A DNA stretch of 64,000 nucleotides. It comes from Pelagomonas calceolata (Eukaryota). The notes below the pieces were generated by a model. The model was not told the origin of the DNA and searched no databases. It worked only from the letters and a program-made list of their open reading frames with translations. Position numbers and translations under genes: made by a program. Positions within the stretch are counted from its first letter, which is position 1. Every line of letters starts with the position of its first letter. Positions 43,919 through 55,070 of the stretch are shown here, one piece after another. Location: contig CAKKNE010000001.1 of assembly GCA_918797485.1 (NCBI GenBank), positions 682,001 through 746,000 of the forward strand, read 5' to 3'.

Positions 43919-45959
43919 ATGGAAGCCGCCCGGCCGGGCAGCCCAGTTCACTTCGACGACGCCACGCTAAATTTCGTAAAAGGCGGCCCGCCGCCGCCGC
44001 CGTCCGAGACGTCGACCCGCTTGCAGCCTCAATGGAACGAGGCGTTCATGCGGCTGACCCAGAAGGCCAGGGAGAAGCAGGCGTCCCGTGCTATGTCGAC
44101 CAAGGAAGCTCTCGACGCGTTCAAGGGCAAATTCGGCGAGTCCGCTTTCGTGGAGGCCTTCGGCGACGAAGACAAATACTTGAAAAGTATTGTGCGGCCG
44201 GTGACGGTTACAGGCACTTCGAGCAAGCTCTGGCATCTCGGCCCACGCGAGTATGTCAGCAAGTCGGAGCACGCTCAGGAGATCCAGGCGACCGCCGCGC
44301 AACGAACTGGTGCTGCGGTTTTAGCTCCGTCGGGCGCGGGCGGCGTGGTAGCTTTGGAGGGCGAGGACGACGCGAGACGGTGGGCGGGCCTGACGCTCGT
44401 CTCTTCGTCGGCTGAACGCGATGGCGATTTGAACTACTGGGAGGGCTTCGTTAATTCCGGGGCAAAGCCCTTCCAGACGTTGTTGCACGGCGGGGACTGG
44501 TCCGGCGCCGAGGTACTGCCCGAGTGGGACGACCTCATCAAAAGTCCGAGTGGAAGGAAACCTCCCAACCGCCCGCGTGGTTGGTACCGCGGGCCCTTAG
44601 CACGAACTGTGACATCTCAGTCTGCTATGACGAAGGATGCGTGCGGGAACGACGCGACGATGCTCGACCACTGGGACCGCGCGACGTTTTACGCGCAACG
44701 GTTGGCCGCGATCCTTAAAGAGGAGCGCAAAGCCTTCGAGGCCATGCGCGACATGGGCAACGCGGGCGGTGGCCGCGCGTCGCGCGCCCCGCGGCAGTCC
44801 TACCGCCCTGAGGACGACAACGCTGCGCTGACGCGCACGAAGACGGAGGAGTTGAGACAAAACAACCCGACGTTGTGGCATGAGCGCCACCATGGGGCGT
44901 TGAAGGACTGGCTCTCGCGGAACGAGGAGCTGCTCGAGGCCATCGCGAAGGAAGTGGACGTGCCGCGGAGCGTGCTCACTGGTCTGGATAAAGATGAGAG
45001 AGCCTACGTGCTCGCGCCGTTCATCAAGGTGGATCTCCCAGGCCTCGGGCCCAACCTAGTGAAGACGAACTGGGACCATGTAGCGTTACGTTGGATTGAC
45101 GGTCAGCGGGCGATTTACTTGCTTGGACTCCGAGGGCTGATCTGGGGGAAGTTGAACAAGATGTTGCCCGGCTACGAGTGGTATATGGCGCGAGCCGCCG
45201 AGCGGACTTACTTCGAAGGCTACTTGAAGCGTGCTTTGTGCTTCGACTCGTCCATCGGCAAGCACTGGGTGTTCGAGTTTCCTGTCGAGGACGAACCGAA
45301 GTGGTGGCGCCGGAATGTCCAGAGGCAGCAGCAGAAGGAGATGTATTTTATTATGAAAGAACTCAAGGGCGTTCTGCTGGGCGCGACACAGACAGGTGCC
45401 GACGCGGCGTGGAACTCTTCAACGTGACACCGACGCCATCGACGCGACGCCGCCCTCCCGGTGGCCGTGTCTAGTCGATGGCGTCGGTGTCGTTACGCCA
45501 CCGTGACGCCGTCCACGCACAGGTCCCGCGGCGACGGGCCGGGACGCAGAGCGGCTGCGCCACCTGAGAGAACGGTTTGGCGGCAAGACGCTGAAGTTTG
45601 TGCGCGCGCCGTCCAACGGGGAGTCGACGACGGCCGATAAGATAAGGGGCCGGTTCTGGGCGCCCGACTTCATGGGCCGCGAGACGTATTTTGACCTCGA
45701 CCACATCGCGCTCGGGTGCGTGCGGCGCGAGGGCGTGCTCTACCGCATCGTCGGCGTCCGCGGGCTGCTGCCCGGGGACATGAATACCTTCGCTTCGGGC
45801 TACGAGTTCGTCAAGGCCCTCGGGCTGGAGACGTGGGTCGAGGAGTACCGGAAGAACGCCTACTGCGAGGCGGGCGTCGGCGGCCTCGACAAGTCCAAGG
45901 CCGTGTACGGTTACCGGCCGAGAGTGTTCGATCAAGGAGCCATGCGGCGCGGCGGGTAA
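43919..45959 (+). CDS. Hypothetical protein, two exons
   Basis: Long ORF joined in frame to ORF 45600-45959 by intron 45396-45522 (GTGCC...GCACAG, with core motif). Confidence 0.65.
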
Positions 45960-46254
45960 GAATCTCTTTGTTGTAACAGATGAGTCCCAGCTAGAGTAGT
46001 AACATACTAATATTACCGGGGCGCGGCAGCGACGGCCGTATAAAACAATAGCATCGCACCAGTGGACAGAGCATACGTCCGTGAGCCCTTTGCGCTCCAC
46101 CAGCATGGGTCTGAACGATACGCCGTCGCCGTGCGGCGTAGCCTCTGCATAAGGACTCCAAACCAGACACCTCGCCGCACACTGCCCGCACACGCGCGCG
46201 ACGGCGCCCCCGCACAACTGACGAGCCGACGACGCACGCGACGACGACGCAACC

Positions 46255-49046
46255 ATGGGCGTCCCCGCCTTCTTCCGCTGGCTCGCGAACCGCTACCCGT
46301 GCGTGATGTTGGACTTGCTCGAAGGGAAGGAACGAGGAGAATTTGATAGGAGCACGAACGCTTCATTAGTCAAGGAGACGAGCGGCGACTTCGCGCGCTG
46401 GGTGCAAGTAGACAACCTGTTTATAGACTGCAACGGCGTCGTGCACCCGTGCTGTCACCCGGAAAACGGCGCGCCGCAGCCTAAAAGTGAACGGGAGATG
46501 CTCGACAACGTCGGCAAGTACTTGGATCGACTCGTCGCCGCGGTGCGACCTACGAAGTTAGTCTACCTGGCTCTGGACGGCTGCGCGCCGCGCGCGAAGA
46601 TGAATCAACAGCGCGAACGTAGATTCTGTAGCGCGCGGGAAGCCGAGGAAAGTGAGCGGGCCCTGGGCTTGTTACTGAAGAGGCAGGGGCACAAACCGTC
46701 CACAAAACAACGGTGGGACCACAACGCGATCACGCCCGGGACCCCGTTCATGGATTCACTGGCGTCGTATTGTCGGACGTGGGCTGCAAAGGCGGTGGCG
46801 CGGCAGCCTTCTCTTAGAGTTATTATAAGTGACGCGTCGACGCCGGGCGAGGGCGAGCACAAGATCATGGACCACATCCGGCGGTGCGGCGGCGAAGAGG
46901 AAAGGCACGCGGTGTGCGGTCCGCGACTCAGTGTTGTGAATGGACTTGAACTTGATCCGGTGGCGGCGATGGCGTCCCACGTCGCAGCGACGCCGTCGGC
47001 GTGGTCGCGTGGTCGCGTGGTTGCGTCGATGGCGTCTTCGCGAGACCACGCCGCCTCGGCGCCGTCGGCGCGGTCGCGAGAGCGTCGACGCGTTTCTGTG
47101 CCATCTTGGCGTCGCGTCGACGCCGTCGAGGCGCGCGCCAGAGCGTGGGAGAGCAGGACAGGCACGCCATCGTGCCGTCAGGGCGAGCGAGAGAGAGAGA
47201 GCACGCCAAGACGCCAGGGCGCGAGCACACGACAACAAAAAACAACGCAGGCCAGGACGCGGACCTCATGTTCCTGTCGCTAGCCTTACATGCGCCGCGA
47301 GTTTATGTGTTGAGGGAACGAGTACAGACGGGTCGAAGCAAGTCCACGGGCCCGCCGCGACTCCAGTACTTATCGGCCCAGAGGTTAAGACATTGCTTAG
47401 TGAGGGACCCGGGCATCAACGGCCTGTGCACGCAGCAACTAGATCCGCGGAACAAACTATCGAGGTTCGAGCGCGACGACGAGCGTTTACTGGATGACTT
47501 CGTACTGCTCTGTTTTTTTGTGGGAAATGATTTCTTGCCGCAGTTACCGTGTCTCAGCATACCGGACGGTGGTTTAGATTTGTTGCTAGCGTTGTACTCG
47601 AGAGCTTTACCGCGAAGCTTGGGGGGCTACCTCACCGACGACGGCGGCGAGCGCGGCTACGCCTGCGGCGCCGGCCGGGTCCACGTGAAGCGCGTCGCCG
47701 CTCTACTAGCTGTCATTGCGGACCTGGAACCGGAGATTTTGAGGAGGCGCGCGCGGAGGGACGCGCAAAGTTCGTCCAAACCTCGAGAACGTTCAGATGC
47801 GAAAAAAGACGCGCTGGTCGAGATGGCGGCGCGCGCCTGCGGTAAATTTGATGCTCTCTCATTGGATGATGATGAGTTGCGAGAACCATCACCACAGGAA
47901 GCGGCGTCGACGAAACACTTGGCGGAGCGAGCTATACAGAAGCACGCGGAAAAGCTCTTGAAGGAAAGCGACTTGAATGATCCCTGTATTGGGCAAAAAG
48001 GGTTCCGGGAGCGGTACTACCGGAAGGTGCTGAAGCACGGCCCGGTCAAGCGGGAAGGCGTTACTGATCGCGAGTCGGCTATCAGGGATTTGTCAGTGGA
48101 GTATTGGAGAGGTGTCAGGTTCGTGGCCGAATATTATCACCGAGGTTGTGCTTCTTGGTCGTGGTGTTATCCGTGGCACTACGCGCCTCTAGCGAGGGAT
48201 CTGGCTCGTGTAGCCTTGGAGCCTGGTGAAGGTCTTCGCAAGTGCTGCACGCGCTTTGAAAGAGGAGCACCCCTACCACCCTTGCAGCAGTTGATGTGCG
48301 TGTTACCACCGGCGTCGGCGCATTGCTGCCCGCGGGCCGCCCAGCGCCTGATGACCGATCAACACTCGCCGCTGGCCAAGTACTATCCTCGGGACTTTCC
48401 GCTCGATCCCAACGGCAAGCCCGCCAATTTGAGATGGTTGTGGGTCGCTCTCGTTCCTCCTATTGATGTTCAGGTGGTGGCGTCGACCTTTGCCTCACAA
48501 ATCCAACCTACTCTGACACCCGACGAGCGGCGGCGGAACAGAAATGGCCCGGCCGAACTCGTTTGTGCCATCCCGCCGAATGCTGGTAGCAATTGGGTGG
48601 CCCTGGCCGAGTCGGACCCGTTGCAAGGTTCGGTCCGACTGTTGGACCACGTGAGGGTGGCCTACCGACCGCCCGAAATGGCGCCGAACGAACCGCCCTA
48701 CCAATTTGGTGGAGACGCCACCGAAGATCTACTGGCCGACCCGCGACTCTACCAGAACCAGGGCCGGGCGCCGCGCCTGCCCATCGGGGACGAAGCGTTT
48801 CGGAAGGCCATGGCGGATGTGGACGCCATGAGCAGGAGAGGCGGCCGGCCGCCGGCCGTCCCGGTGCCGCACAAGGTCGTGCCCTGTCGCTACTTCCTGC
48901 AGGGGAAATGTCATAGAGGTGCGGCGTGCACCTTCAAGCACGTCCGGCCGGACGGCACCGAGGTCTGCGCGCCCGTGAAAACGGCGCCTCCACCTCCTGT
49001 GGTCAAGGTGCTCAAGAAGCCTCAACCGCCGCCGGCTGGTCCCTAG
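46255..49046 (+). CDS. XRN: XRN-family 5'-3' exoribonuclease with C-terminal CCCH finger
   Basis: MGVPAFFRWL, DNLFIDCNGVVHPC, DGCAPRAKMNQQRERRF, PGEGEHKIM, G|QDADL after intron 46919-47250, FVGNDFLP, YPWHYAP; CRYFLQGKCHRGAACTFKH. Confidence 0.93.
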
Positions 49047-49152
49047 TCTCTCTCGTTTTATGGATAATTTAGTTCATGTTTCAATCACGTTGTTACTTGG
49101 TGCTCTAATTTATAGACTCGGATGAGGGATAGGTTAGGATTCGTCCGTCGGG

Positions 49153-50052
49153 TCACCGCGCTTCGCACGCCCACATCTCCGGGTACCGGTACCTGTGGGC
49201 CTGCTTGATGCGCACCTCATCCCCGAGCGGTACGCCTAGGTCGGCCCACTCCTTGCGCGTGAGCGCCGGCATCGCGACCACGTCAATCTCGTTCTCGGGT
49301 CGCGTGAAGACGTCGAAGTAACGGAGGAGGCTCACCTCGAAGAGCAGGTCGGCGACCTCGTCCTGGCGGGCCACCCGCCTTGCATGCTTTTCTATCTCCT
49401 TCTGCTGCGCCGGCGACCAGGCTGGTCTGGGCTCCCAAGACGGCCGCTTCGTGACGACGCGGCAACCATTCTCGCCCATCATTTCCTGACGAACACCAGT
49501 TATGTCGGGCCAGGCGACGTAGTAGGTGGTCTCACCTCCCGGCAATTTTGTTTCGTGCACGACGGTGCCGTAGCTGACGGCGTCGTAGGGCTCGTGGGGC
49601 TCGATCCGAGTGACGTGCTGTCCGGCGACGAGGATCGCATGGCCAGACCCGGGAGGCTTCTCCTCGAGCCTTGCTCGCGCCACCACTCGTCCGTCGATGT
49701 CCTCGTGGCCGTCTACGGTGAGAGGGTCAAACCCGGCGCCGCAGCGCATATGAGTAGTCTGCTCCACAATTTTCGTGTTACCGAGGCGCTCGACGGCCTC
49801 GAGATAATTGAGCATTGAGGAAATGGTCTTTTCGGGCACGAGATACATGGTACCCCATGGTCTATCGTAGTCTATGAACGCGGCGACGCCCCGCGCCCGC
49901 GCCACGCGATCGGCGAGGCACGCAAAGAAAGCCGCATGACGCGGGTCGTCTTTCCGTGACCACTGCGATGCGGTTCCGCTCAGACGCGCCAATTCGCGCG
50001 CGCAGAGCAGGTCACAGATAGAGTAATGAGCTGCACGAGGCAAGCGGAGCAT
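49153..50052 (-). CDS. F-box-like + SAM-like domain protein
   Basis: N-terminal LPRAAHYSICDLLCARELARLSGTASQW; C-terminal VSLLRYFDVF..EID..LTRKEWADLGVPLGD. Confidence 0.55.
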   Translation of the reverse strand: MLRLPRAAHYSICDLLCARELARLSGTASQWSRKDDPRHAAFFACLADRVARARGVAAFIDYDRPWGTMYLVPEKTISSMLNYLEAVERLGNTKIVEQTTHMRCGAGFDPLTVDGHEDIDGRVVARARLEEKPPGSGHAILVAGQHVTRIEPHEPYDAVSYGTVVHETKLPGGETTYYVAWPDITGVRQEMMGENGCRVVTKRPSWEPRPAWSPAQQKEIEKHARRVARQDEVADLLFEVSLLRYFDVFTRPENEIDVVAMPALTRKEWADLGVPLGDEVRIKQAHRYRYPEMWACEAR

Positions 50053-50473
50053 GGTTGCCCGGCTTCCGCGCAGCCCGCCGTGCACAGCACAGCAAGGCGC
50101 TCCCGTGGGCTCGTTTCTTGCCCCCGCGGTGCCTTGCGCCCGCGCGCCGACGACGCGCAAATGACCCTCTCGCAGTCGAGGCCTTCTCGCAAGCGGCCAC
50201 GAAGAACGCGTGAGTTGACGGTACATAGCTGTCCATCGAGACGTCCGATACGGATAGGGGCACCTGCGGGCCTCCGGGCTAGTGGGATTCGCGCGACTGG
50301 AGCAGCCATCCAGCGCCGGCCAATAAAGAGCTGGGCACCGCCGGCACCGCCAGCGAAAGAGCCACAGGGCCCACGACGCCGTCGCCGCGGCGCCCAGTCC
50401 TGCCCGGTCCCGGAGACACGGGGAGCCGACACGCGTTCAAGGAGCCAAAGCTAAGGGCAGCCCTTAGTCCACC

Positions 50474-51742
50474 ATGCGCGGCTTAAGCATGGGCGCGTCC
50501 ATGCTGGACAAGCTGAAAGATGCGGGCATGACAAGAAAATCAAGACAGTCTTTAGGGAGTGCGGCGTCCGGGGGTGATCGGAGAAATAGTCTGCGGGACC
50601 GCTTGATGGGCCGGAGCTCGCAGCGCAGTTCCTTCGCGGAGATCGTCCTCAAGAAGTGGACGGCGCCCCGCGAGGCGCCGCGCCAGGCCATGATTGGTGG
50701 GGTGGAAGGGTCGCTGCGAGCCTTTGACCTGCATGTGCACCTGCTGCTCTGGAGACACGTGTCGAAGCGAGGCAACCGCATCATCGAGACGGTCATCAAC
50801 GCGTTACATGATTGTGACATGGCGTTGAGGGTTAGAAGGATGGGCTTGATGGAGGGCGACCACACGGCTGTGTTGACGGATCCCGAATGCGACGCGACGA
50901 TGGTCTGCGTTTTAGATGATTTCGACGTGTTGCTCTTAGATCAATATGCTTCTACGTTAGTTGAGGTGCTGAAGGGGCGGAAGGATTTAACAAATGTAGA
51001 GCAATTAGCGAAGGAAGGGGCGAGAGTTACTTTAGCTCTGGAGCGGCCGCAAGCAGCACGCAAGGTGACGATCATCTTCACCGGACATTCTGAAGATGAG
51101 GAGGCGACGAAGGAGGACTCCTTGTACTACCCGTACACGTTTGCTTGCGGCGTCCCGTTTATACGCCATCAGAGCGACGCGCCATCCCCACGCGCTGTCG
51201 CCGCGACCCCATCGCCACGAGGATCGCCGCGATGGCGTGCTGGTGGTAGACGTACTCTCGAGAGCACTCGATCCGAGTCGCGTCACGCCCCACGCCGTCG
51301 ACGCGTCGCGCTGACGCCATCGCCGCGCCGCAGGTGCGCGAAACGCCGAGAATACATCGCGGACCAAAAAACAAAGAACACGGGCCTCCACGAGGCCGTC
51401 GGCCACGTCATGAAGCTGTGCGAGAAGCACGGCGCCAAACCACCGGCCTACGTCGTCGAGTTACTATGCGTCCAGGAGTTCCAGGACGCCCAGGAGTGGA
51501 AGGGTAGAGGGGGGGCCGGTCGATCGAGAGCGAGCGCGGCTTCCAATGGTGATGGGCCTGGATTGTCGTTAGAAGGCGCCGAGGGCATGGAGGGCGCCGA
51601 CGCGGAAGCGCTCGCGCAGCGGATCTTGAGTCATCAACTCCAGGCGGACCAGCACTCGCTGCTGTGCCCGGTGACGCACACGCATGTGTTATGGGACGAG
51701 ACCGTGGCGGCGAAGATGTACCAGGCGGCGGCGAAGGATTGA
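50474..51742 (+). CDS. Hypothetical protein with a probable in-frame intron 51139-51333
   Basis: 422-aa ORF; 195-bp segment starts GT, carries ACGCCATC motifs and ends CCGCAG. Confidence 0.6.
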   Translation: MRGLSMGASMLDKLKDAGMTRKSRQSLGSAASGGDRRNSLRDRLMGRSSQRSSFAEIVLKKWTAPREAPRQAMIGGVEGSLRAFDLHVHLLLWRHVSKRGNRIIETVINALHDCDMALRVRRMGLMEGDHTAVLTDPECDATMVCVLDDFDVLLLDQYASTLVEVLKGRKDLTNVEQLAKEGARVTLALERPQAARKVTIIFTGHSEDEEATKEDSLYYPYTFACGVPFIRHQSDAPSPRAVAATPSPRGSPRWRAGGRRTLESTRSESRHAPRRRRVALTPSPRRRCAKRREYIADQKTKNTGLHEAVGHVMKLCEKHGAKPPAYVVELLCVQEFQDAQEWKGRGGAGRSRASAASNGDGPGLSLEGAEGMEGADAEALAQRILSHQLQADQHSLLCPVTHTHVLWDETVAAKMYQAAAKD

Positions 51743-52036
51743 GGCTTGTTTTCGTTCGCGCGTAACTTTTCCTGGCTCGCGAGTAGGTTGGTTGGGGCGC
51801 GCCGGCGGCGTTTGACGCGCGTTGTTAGGATGCCTACGCTGCGGCCTGGACACTCGTACTGCACTCTCACATGTTACCTTGACCTCGGCGTTGACGTCGG
51901 CGCGGGACCAACGCCCTGCAGACGCACCGGGCGGGCGAGGGATCAGTCCCAGGCCACGCTGTCGCCGCGACACCATAACTACAAAAACACTTGGTATAGA
52001 CGTCGGGCGGGGAGGGGTAGATCAGCAGGCCGTCTC

Positions 52037-53203
52037 TCAGGCGCGCTCAGGCGTCACGACGGCCACTTGCTGCGCGCCATCCTCGGGCAGCTCGATGGAC
52101 GGACGCGACTCGTTGTACCACTTGACGAGCTTGGCGATGCCTTCACTAAAAGGTGTCTTCGGATCGTAGCCGAGCAACTCGCGCGCCTTCGAGATGTCCG
52201 CGCACGTTCTAGGAACATCACCAGGCTGCTCTGGCATAACATTTATAATCGCTTGTTTCCCGGAGTGCTCTTCGACCAATCTGATAAAATCATTCAGTCG
52301 CGTCGGTCGGCCGTTCCCGAGGTTATAGATCTGGTATCCTAGAGGTGTATCTAAGGCCCTAATAACGCCGTCCACAATGTCGTCGATATACGTATAGTCC
52401 CGCGACGACGACCCGTCGCCGTATCTATCGATCGGGAGACCTTTCGACACCTTGTCCACAAATTTGAGGGGGGCCATGTCCGGTCTCCCGCGCGGCCCGA
52501 AGACCGTGAAGAACCGGAGGCCAGCAACATTCATGCCGTATAAATGATGGTAGGTGTACGCTAGTAACTCACAGGCTTTTTTGGTGGCCGCGTACGGGCT
52601 GACCGGAGCGTCCACCGCATCCGTCTCGGAGAAGAGCTGCTTCTTGCTGCCACCGTAGACACTGCTGGAGGAGGCGAAGACGAACTTGGCGTCGTTGCCA
52701 TGCGCTTGACCTGCTAGTTCTAAGAGTCTGGTCGTCCCCTCGACGTTGGAGTGGACGTAGACGAAGGGGTCGTCTATCGACGGGCGGACGCCCGCCCTCG
52801 CGGCTAAGTGGATAACTCTCTTGGGAAATTTGCAACTCTTCTCGACCTCGGCAAGGAAGGCCTTGTCGCAGATGTCACCCTTGAAGAAGCGGAAGTTCCT
52901 TCCACCTAACTGTTCTAAGAGTTGTATGTTGGCTCTCTTCTTACTGACGTCGTAGTACTCATTAAGTTCATCGATGACTAAGACCTTCTCGCCCCGCCTC
53001 AACAAGTGTTCGGCGACGTGGGAGCCCACAAAACCGGCGCCGCCCGTCACGAGGACCGCTTCGTCGGCGTTCCAGACTTCTGGGGTGGCGACGGTCGCGG
53101 CGTCGTCGTCCGAGCTGTACAAGGTTGAGGACGGGCTGCGCGGGCCCGTCGCCGTCGTCTCGCTGGCGGTGTCGCTGAGGGAGAGGCCGATATTCGATGC
53201 CAT
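52037..53203 (-). CDS. GAE: UDP-glucuronate 4-epimerase (NAD-dependent epimerase/dehydratase)
   Basis: VLVTGGAGFVG, HLAARAGVRPS, ASSSSVYG, YAATKKACE, LRFFTVFGPRGRPDMA, RDYTYIDDIV. Confidence 0.92.
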   Translation of the reverse strand: MASNIGLSLSDTASETTATGPRSPSSTLYSSDDDAATVATPEVWNADEAVLVTGGAGFVGSHVAEHLLRRGEKVLVIDELNEYYDVSKKRANIQLLEQLGGRNFRFFKGDICDKAFLAEVEKSCKFPKRVIHLAARAGVRPSIDDPFVYVHSNVEGTTRLLELAGQAHGNDAKFVFASSSSVYGGSKKQLFSETDAVDAPVSPYAATKKACELLAYTYHHLYGMNVAGLRFFTVFGPRGRPDMAPLKFVDKVSKGLPIDRYGDGSSSRDYTYIDDIVDGVIRALDTPLGYQIYNLGNGRPTRLNDFIRLVEEHSGKQAIINVMPEQPGDVPRTCADISKARELLGYDPKTPFSEGIAKLVKWYNESRPSIELPEDGAQQVAVVTPERA

Positions 53204-53755
53204 CTTGCCCTGGTTGTTGCGACCGCGTTTGAGTCAGTGGTCAAACTGATGCTGGCTTGAATGTGCTTGTTTTGCAGTCTGCGCGCGTCGAAATGCAATG
53301 GAAGTTGCGGAGCGTGGCAAGGAAGCAACGGGCACAATGTACGACAGCGCTGCGATGCGATGGCGGCGCTCGTGCGTGTGTGCTACAGAGATGACAATGA
53401 GGCGACCGGCCAAGCTGGTTCGCCTGAGGTCAGCGCACGAGGCCCACTGAAAACCCCCAATTCAGAGCTCAGTGGCTTCTCCAGACCGCTCCGTACGCCT
53501 CCCGACGCCTCCGAGCAAAAGGCCGATGCTGACCTGGAGAACGCGCCGGCCAACTCAAGCGTCTCGCACGTGTCACGTCGATGGCGTAGAGGCTGACGAC
53601 CCCTCGGCTCTAAACGACACCCTGACGCTGCCAATGCGGCGACGGTAGTCCTCTCCACGGCCGCCGCGCTCTACCGCCGCGCGTGCACGGCACCCCAGAC
53701 AACAAGACGAAGCACGCGATTACGCAACCCCAAAAAGAAACTCACATATATCAAG

Positions 53756-54574
53756 TTAGTCGTCGTCCAGGTCGTCCAAGTCGTCCAAGTCGTCGTCGTC
53801 GCCATAAAGCGCCGCGTCGACCTTGACGCCGTCCACAGACACTGCTGGCCTCTCCGCGTCTTCGATCAAAGCGCCGTTCTCGTCGTACAACTCGTCGCCC
53901 TCCTCGGCGACGACCTGCCGCGTGTAGTCCTCCGTCGCCTCGGCGTCGTCGACGAAGACGTCTTTTTGGACGAGATACAAATCTCTGCCAGTCAAGACGG
54001 ACTTGCCCTTCTTCTTGAGCGTCTCGGCCTTTTGCAACGCCATCTTCTCGGCCAACAAGCGTTTCGCCTTCTTCTCTTTCCACGCTTTAAAGGTTTCGGG
54101 GGTCACGGGCGTGCCCTTGACGCCCTTGTCTCGGAGCTCCTGGCGCTTCTTCTCGATGCGCTGCTCGAGCGTGAGTTCGGTCGACCCGCCCGCGGCCTGG
54201 GCCTTGGCCAGTTCGCTCTCGGCCCAGTTCTCGTCGTAGTAGTCGCCCGCGCCCCCGCCGCCGCCGCCGCCCTGCTGCGCCTTCTTCTTGTGCAGGTCCT
54301 TCTTCTTGACCGTGATCGAGAGACCTTCCGAGAATAGGGCTTTGAGCTCCATTTCTTGTTGTAATTTCGCCAATTTAGTCATCTTTTTTTTCTTCTTCGA
54401 CTCCGCATCAATTCCTTTGTTCTTGTTTTGCGTCTCTTGCACTTGTTTGCAGAACTGCTGGACCTTTTTCGACTTATTTTTGTTTTTTAACCCAAAGGTC
54501 TTGTCCACCACAATACCCTTCTTGCCTTCCTTCTGCATCGCCTTGAGCTTGTCGAGCTTGCTCGAGCCGCCCAT
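53756..54574 (-). CDS. Tma46/ZC3H15 (DFRP1)-like protein lacking CCCH fingers
   Basis: DKTFGLKNKNKSKKVQQF, TLEQRIEKKRQEL..TPVTPETFKAWKEKK, LTGRDLY. Confidence 0.8.
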   Translation of the reverse strand: MGGSSKLDKLKAMQKEGKKGIVVDKTFGLKNKNKSKKVQQFCKQVQETQNKNKGIDAESKKKKKMTKLAKLQQEMELKALFSEGLSITVKKKDLHKKKAQQGGGGGGGAGDYYDENWAESELAKAQAAGGSTELTLEQRIEKKRQELRDKGVKGTPVTPETFKAWKEKKAKRLLAEKMALQKAETLKKKGKSVLTGRDLYLVQKDVFVDDAEATEDYTRQVVAEEGDELYDENGALIEDAERPAVSVDGVKVDAALYGDDDDLDDLDDLDDD

Positions 54575-54848
54575 GGTGCTCGGCGCGCGCGCGGCGGCGG
54601 CGTGCGGCCTCCAATCTCACGGCGCGGCGTCCGCGCTGCTACCGAACGCTGGAGCCGTGCCGCGTCGCCTCGCGCCGGCGCTTGTTGCTGCAAAGAGGCC
54701 TAGAGAGGCTCTCCGGCTCGGGGAGCACGCGGCGACGGGCGAGCTGTGCTGGGCGGCAGGCCGCTCCACTGATGAAGCTTACAGTGTCCGAGGAGCGGTG
54801 CTGGGGTCAGGTGGTCCTCAGCGGCCTGGGCTTGCAAAAACTCGCCGA

Positions 54849-54872
54849 GCTAGCGGTATGTAACATACTAGC
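54849..54872 (+). repeat. 24-bp intergenic dyad element (variant)
   Basis: GCTAGCGGTATGTAACATACTAGC. Confidence 0.8.
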
Positions 54873-55070
54873 AGACCCAACCCAAGCCCAAAAACAGCCG
54901 CGCATCCCCTATACATGCGATACGGGCCGCCGAAATCAAGCTGCGGAGCACCGCTCGTCCATACGGCAACGCGCACGGACGCTTAGAGCAGCTGGCCCGC
55001 CGCGCAGACAGAGCAACAGCCTGACCCACCTCCAGGCCGCGCGCGACGCCATCGACGCGACGGGACAGTA

